Shown here: positions 37,595-39,522 of the stretch, piece after piece
Numbering within the stretch: position 1 is the first letter of the stretch
Layout of the letters: every line of letters begins with the position of its first letter
Assembly: GCA_034003165.1 (NCBI GenBank)
Contig: JAVEZD010000009.1
Location: 1 to 39,522, forward strand
Length of the DNA: 39,522 nt
Source of the DNA: Bacteroidales bacterium
Lineage (GTDB): Bacteria; Bacteroidota; Bacteroidia; Bacteroidales; VadinHA17
Direction of reading: 5' to 3'
The notes under the pieces: generated by a model
What the model was told of the DNA's origin: nothing
Seen by the model: the letters and a program-made list of their open reading frames with translations, nothing else
The model's database searches: none
Made by a program: the position numbers and the translations under genes

Positions 37595-38356
37595 ATGGAA
37601 ACTCAAAACGTGAATATTCCCAGGCCGTCATTCGGCAACAGCTTCGGCAGGGGCTGGCAGGTGATGACTGACAACTTCCTGAGATTGCTGCTTGTTGTAT
37701 TTGTACTTGCAATTCTTACGGCACCAATGAAATGCAATTATAATATGGATGGACAACACATCCCTCTCAAAAATCTGAGTGATATGCCATGGGAGGACCT
37801 GACCGGAAGCTGGGGCGCCATCTTCGGAGTGGCCTCTCTTGGTGCTTTAGCCATCTTCCTGGGGCTTCTGGTGTTGCTTTATTCTTTCCTTGCTGCTCCG
37901 GTTATCGATTATGGTGCCAGGCTGATTTTTGTCAGGGCAGTCAGGAACATTAAGCCCGATTTTGAACTTCTTATTAAAGGATTCTGGGAGAACTATCTCC
38001 ATATAATACTGGCCAACCTCCTTGTATTTTCGCTTGTTATAATAGGATTATTTGCTCTTATTATTCCCGGAATAGTAATAGGCTGCAGACTGGCTTTCAC
38101 TTCCTACCTTGTTATGGATAAAAAGCTTGATCCTATAGAAGCTGTTGAAAAGAGCTGGAAGCTGACCAGGGGGCATGGCTGGAGGATCTTTCTCATGGGT
38201 ATAGCTTCCTTTTTTATATTTATTTTTGGTCTCATTCTTATGTTTATCGGAGTGTTTCCTGCAGTGATCTGGATAAAAAGTTCATTTGCTGCTCTTTACG
38301 AATCAGTGCTTAATGAAAAAGAACCTGTTCAGGCAGTTGCAGAAACACAGCAATAG
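37595..38356 (+). CDS. Polytopic membrane protein, hypothetical (DUF975/YciC-like appearance)
   Basis: Four or five TM helices, ATG start, and a terminator downstream. The family assignment is only an impression. Confidence 0.65.
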   Translation: METQNVNIPRPSFGNSFGRGWQVMTDNFLRLLLVVFVLAILTAPMKCNYNMDGQHIPLKNLSDMPWEDLTGSWGAIFGVASLGALAIFLGLLVLLYSFLAAPVIDYGARLIFVRAVRNIKPDFELLIKGFWENYLHIILANLLVFSLVIIGLFALIIPGIVIGCRLAFTSYLVMDKKLDPIEAVEKSWKLTRGHGWRIFLMGIASFFIFIFGLILMFIGVFPAVIWIKSSFAALYESVLNEKEPVQAVAETQQ

Positions 38357-38382
38357 AATAAAAATCATTGAAATAGAAAAAG

Positions 38383-38407
38383 AGAAGTCGCCGACTTCTT
38401 TTTTTTT
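38383..38407 (+). terminator. Rho-independent terminator
   Basis: agaagtcg/cgacttct stem (38383-38399) is followed directly by a T-run of 9. Confidence 0.7.
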
Positions 38408-38496
38408 ATCATAATATCAGGTTAGATATAATTGTCTTAACTTTATAGTCTGTTCCGGCTAAGCGGAATTATTCTGAAACCAACTATCTAATTACT

Positions 38497-39444
38497 ATGA
38501 ACATGAAAACAAAAGCTCTTATCTTTTTTTTAGTTACCGGATTAATGATCCCCTCTGTTTCAATGGCCCAGCTGGGAGGCGCTCTCAGAAACAGGCTCAA
38601 TAATGCAATAAACAAGGGTATAGAAAACAAGATCGATTCGACTGTTGAAAAACAGGCTGCAGAAAAACAGGCTGCAGAAAAACAGGCTTCAGAACCAGCT
38701 TCTGAGGAAGAACAGGCTGCAGGTAATCAGGAGAGGAGGGGAATAAACATCGGTGGACTTCTTGGTGGCAAGGTAACGCTTAAATATGATGAGTCTTATT
38801 CTTTCAGCAACAGGATATTTATGCAGGCTGAGATATATGATAAGAAGGAAGTCGCCAGGATGGACTATTATCTGTACTACAGGGAAGATGCTCCTTATTT
38901 TGGCATAGAGGCAAAAATGCTTGTCGAGGATGAAGGTCAGGAACAGGAGATCCTTACATCCACAGTGTTTGATGGGGTGAACAAATGTATTCTTATAATG
39001 ACTGATATGGGTGCCATGAAGATGGGAATCATCACAGCCGTTCCTGAGGAGGACCAGGCAGGTACCACGGCTGCCGACAATCCCGATATGGGCACTTTCA
39101 CAAAGACTGGCAACAAAAAGGTCATTGCAGGCTATTCATGCGACGAATACCAGTATAAAGACACTGAGACGGGAGATAACGGCAAGGTGTGGGTAACAGG
39201 TGACCTGCGGCTCCAGGCTGACAGAAGGACCTGGGCCAAGGCAGGTATGCCTGCCTACTACGGTCACTCTGCACTCGACAACGGTGTCGTTATGGCAACC
39301 GAATCATACAACAGCAAGGGAGAGCTTGAGATGAAGTCGGAAACAAAGGAGGTAAGTAAAGGGATAAAGCACTCCATCTCAACAGCAGGGTTTTCGCTCA
39401 GGCAGATGGATTTCAACCAGGCAGGGGGAAGTAACAGAAAATAG
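38497..39444 (+). CDS. Secreted protein with a (KQAAE) repeat, DUF4412-like C-terminal domain
   Basis: Signal peptide (..SMA/QLGG). GNKKVIAGYSCDEYQYKD...GKVWVTGDL resembles the DUF4412 core. Confidence 0.65.
   Translation: MNMKTKALIFFLVTGLMIPSVSMAQLGGALRNRLNNAINKGIENKIDSTVEKQAAEKQAAEKQASEPASEEEQAAGNQERRGINIGGLLGGKVTLKYDESYSFSNRIFMQAEIYDKKEVARMDYYLYYREDAPYFGIEAKMLVEDEGQEQEILTSTVFDGVNKCILIMTDMGAMKMGIITAVPEEDQAGTTAADNPDMGTFTKTGNKKVIAGYSCDEYQYKDTETGDNGKVWVTGDLRLQADRRTWAKAGMPAYYGHSALDNGVVMATESYNSKGELEMKSETKEVSKGIKHSISTAGFSLRQMDFNQAGGSNRK
38647..38691 (+). repeat. In-frame 15-bp tandem repeat x3 (gaaaaacaggctgca) encoding EKQAA repeats
   Basis: Two identical copies plus one copy with a single substitution, read directly. 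Confidence 0.9.
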
Positions 39445-39522
39445 GCAGAAATAAGAGGAAATACGCAGGAGAATGCAGGAATACCCGGGAGTGCCTGGCA
39501 GTGAGAATAAGTACCTGTACAA
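39445..39522. repeat. Purine-rich degenerate short repeats directly after a stop codon, truncated by the window end
   Basis: tag|gcagaaataagaggaaatacgcaggagaatgcaggaataccc. It contains gcagaaataa / gcaggagaat / gcaggaatac decamers. Confidence 0.4.

Overview
This 39.5-kb chromosomal window appears to come from a Bacteroidota genome, probably of the Bacteroidales/Marinilabiliales type. The supporting markers are DUF5683 after parAB, a DUF4290-murA pair, a TPP-riboswitch-controlled TonB receptor/PnuT/thiamine pyrophosphokinase operon, no Shine-Dalgarno sequences, and Gln after many predicted signal-peptide cleavage sites. The content is mostly housekeeping: the cydB 3' end, pssA, glutaminyl cyclase, a lipid kinase, and parA-parB-DUF5683 followed by a LysM lytic transglycosylase and an SGNH+MBOAT fusion. 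It continues with a sigma-54 activator, a NatAB-like ABC exporter, grpE-dnaJ, murA, CapA plus a His-rich metal permease, kup, GH2 and GH51 glycosidases, DedA, a porin, pirin and ogt, then the thiamine uptake operon and a 7TM-LuxR regulator with divergent membrane and secreted proteins. I found no rRNA, tRNA, CRISPR array, transposase, integrase or recognisable defence system. The least explained DNA is the 430-bp spacer after cydB (504-930). It holds five different 7-8 bp tandem arrays and a perfect 20-bp inverted repeat bracketing 216 bp, which makes it a candidate inverton or structured RNA, and a small unannotated single-TM ORF follows it. Other points worth a second look are the SGNH-MBOAT fusion next to the lytic transglycosylase, a sigma-54 activator with no DNA-binding domain and a GSFTSA loop, and a symmetric CACTAC/GTAGTG operator-like array upstream of the 7TM-LuxR gene. 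None of these is a proven novel system, and all functional calls rest on motif recognition by eye rather than database searches.
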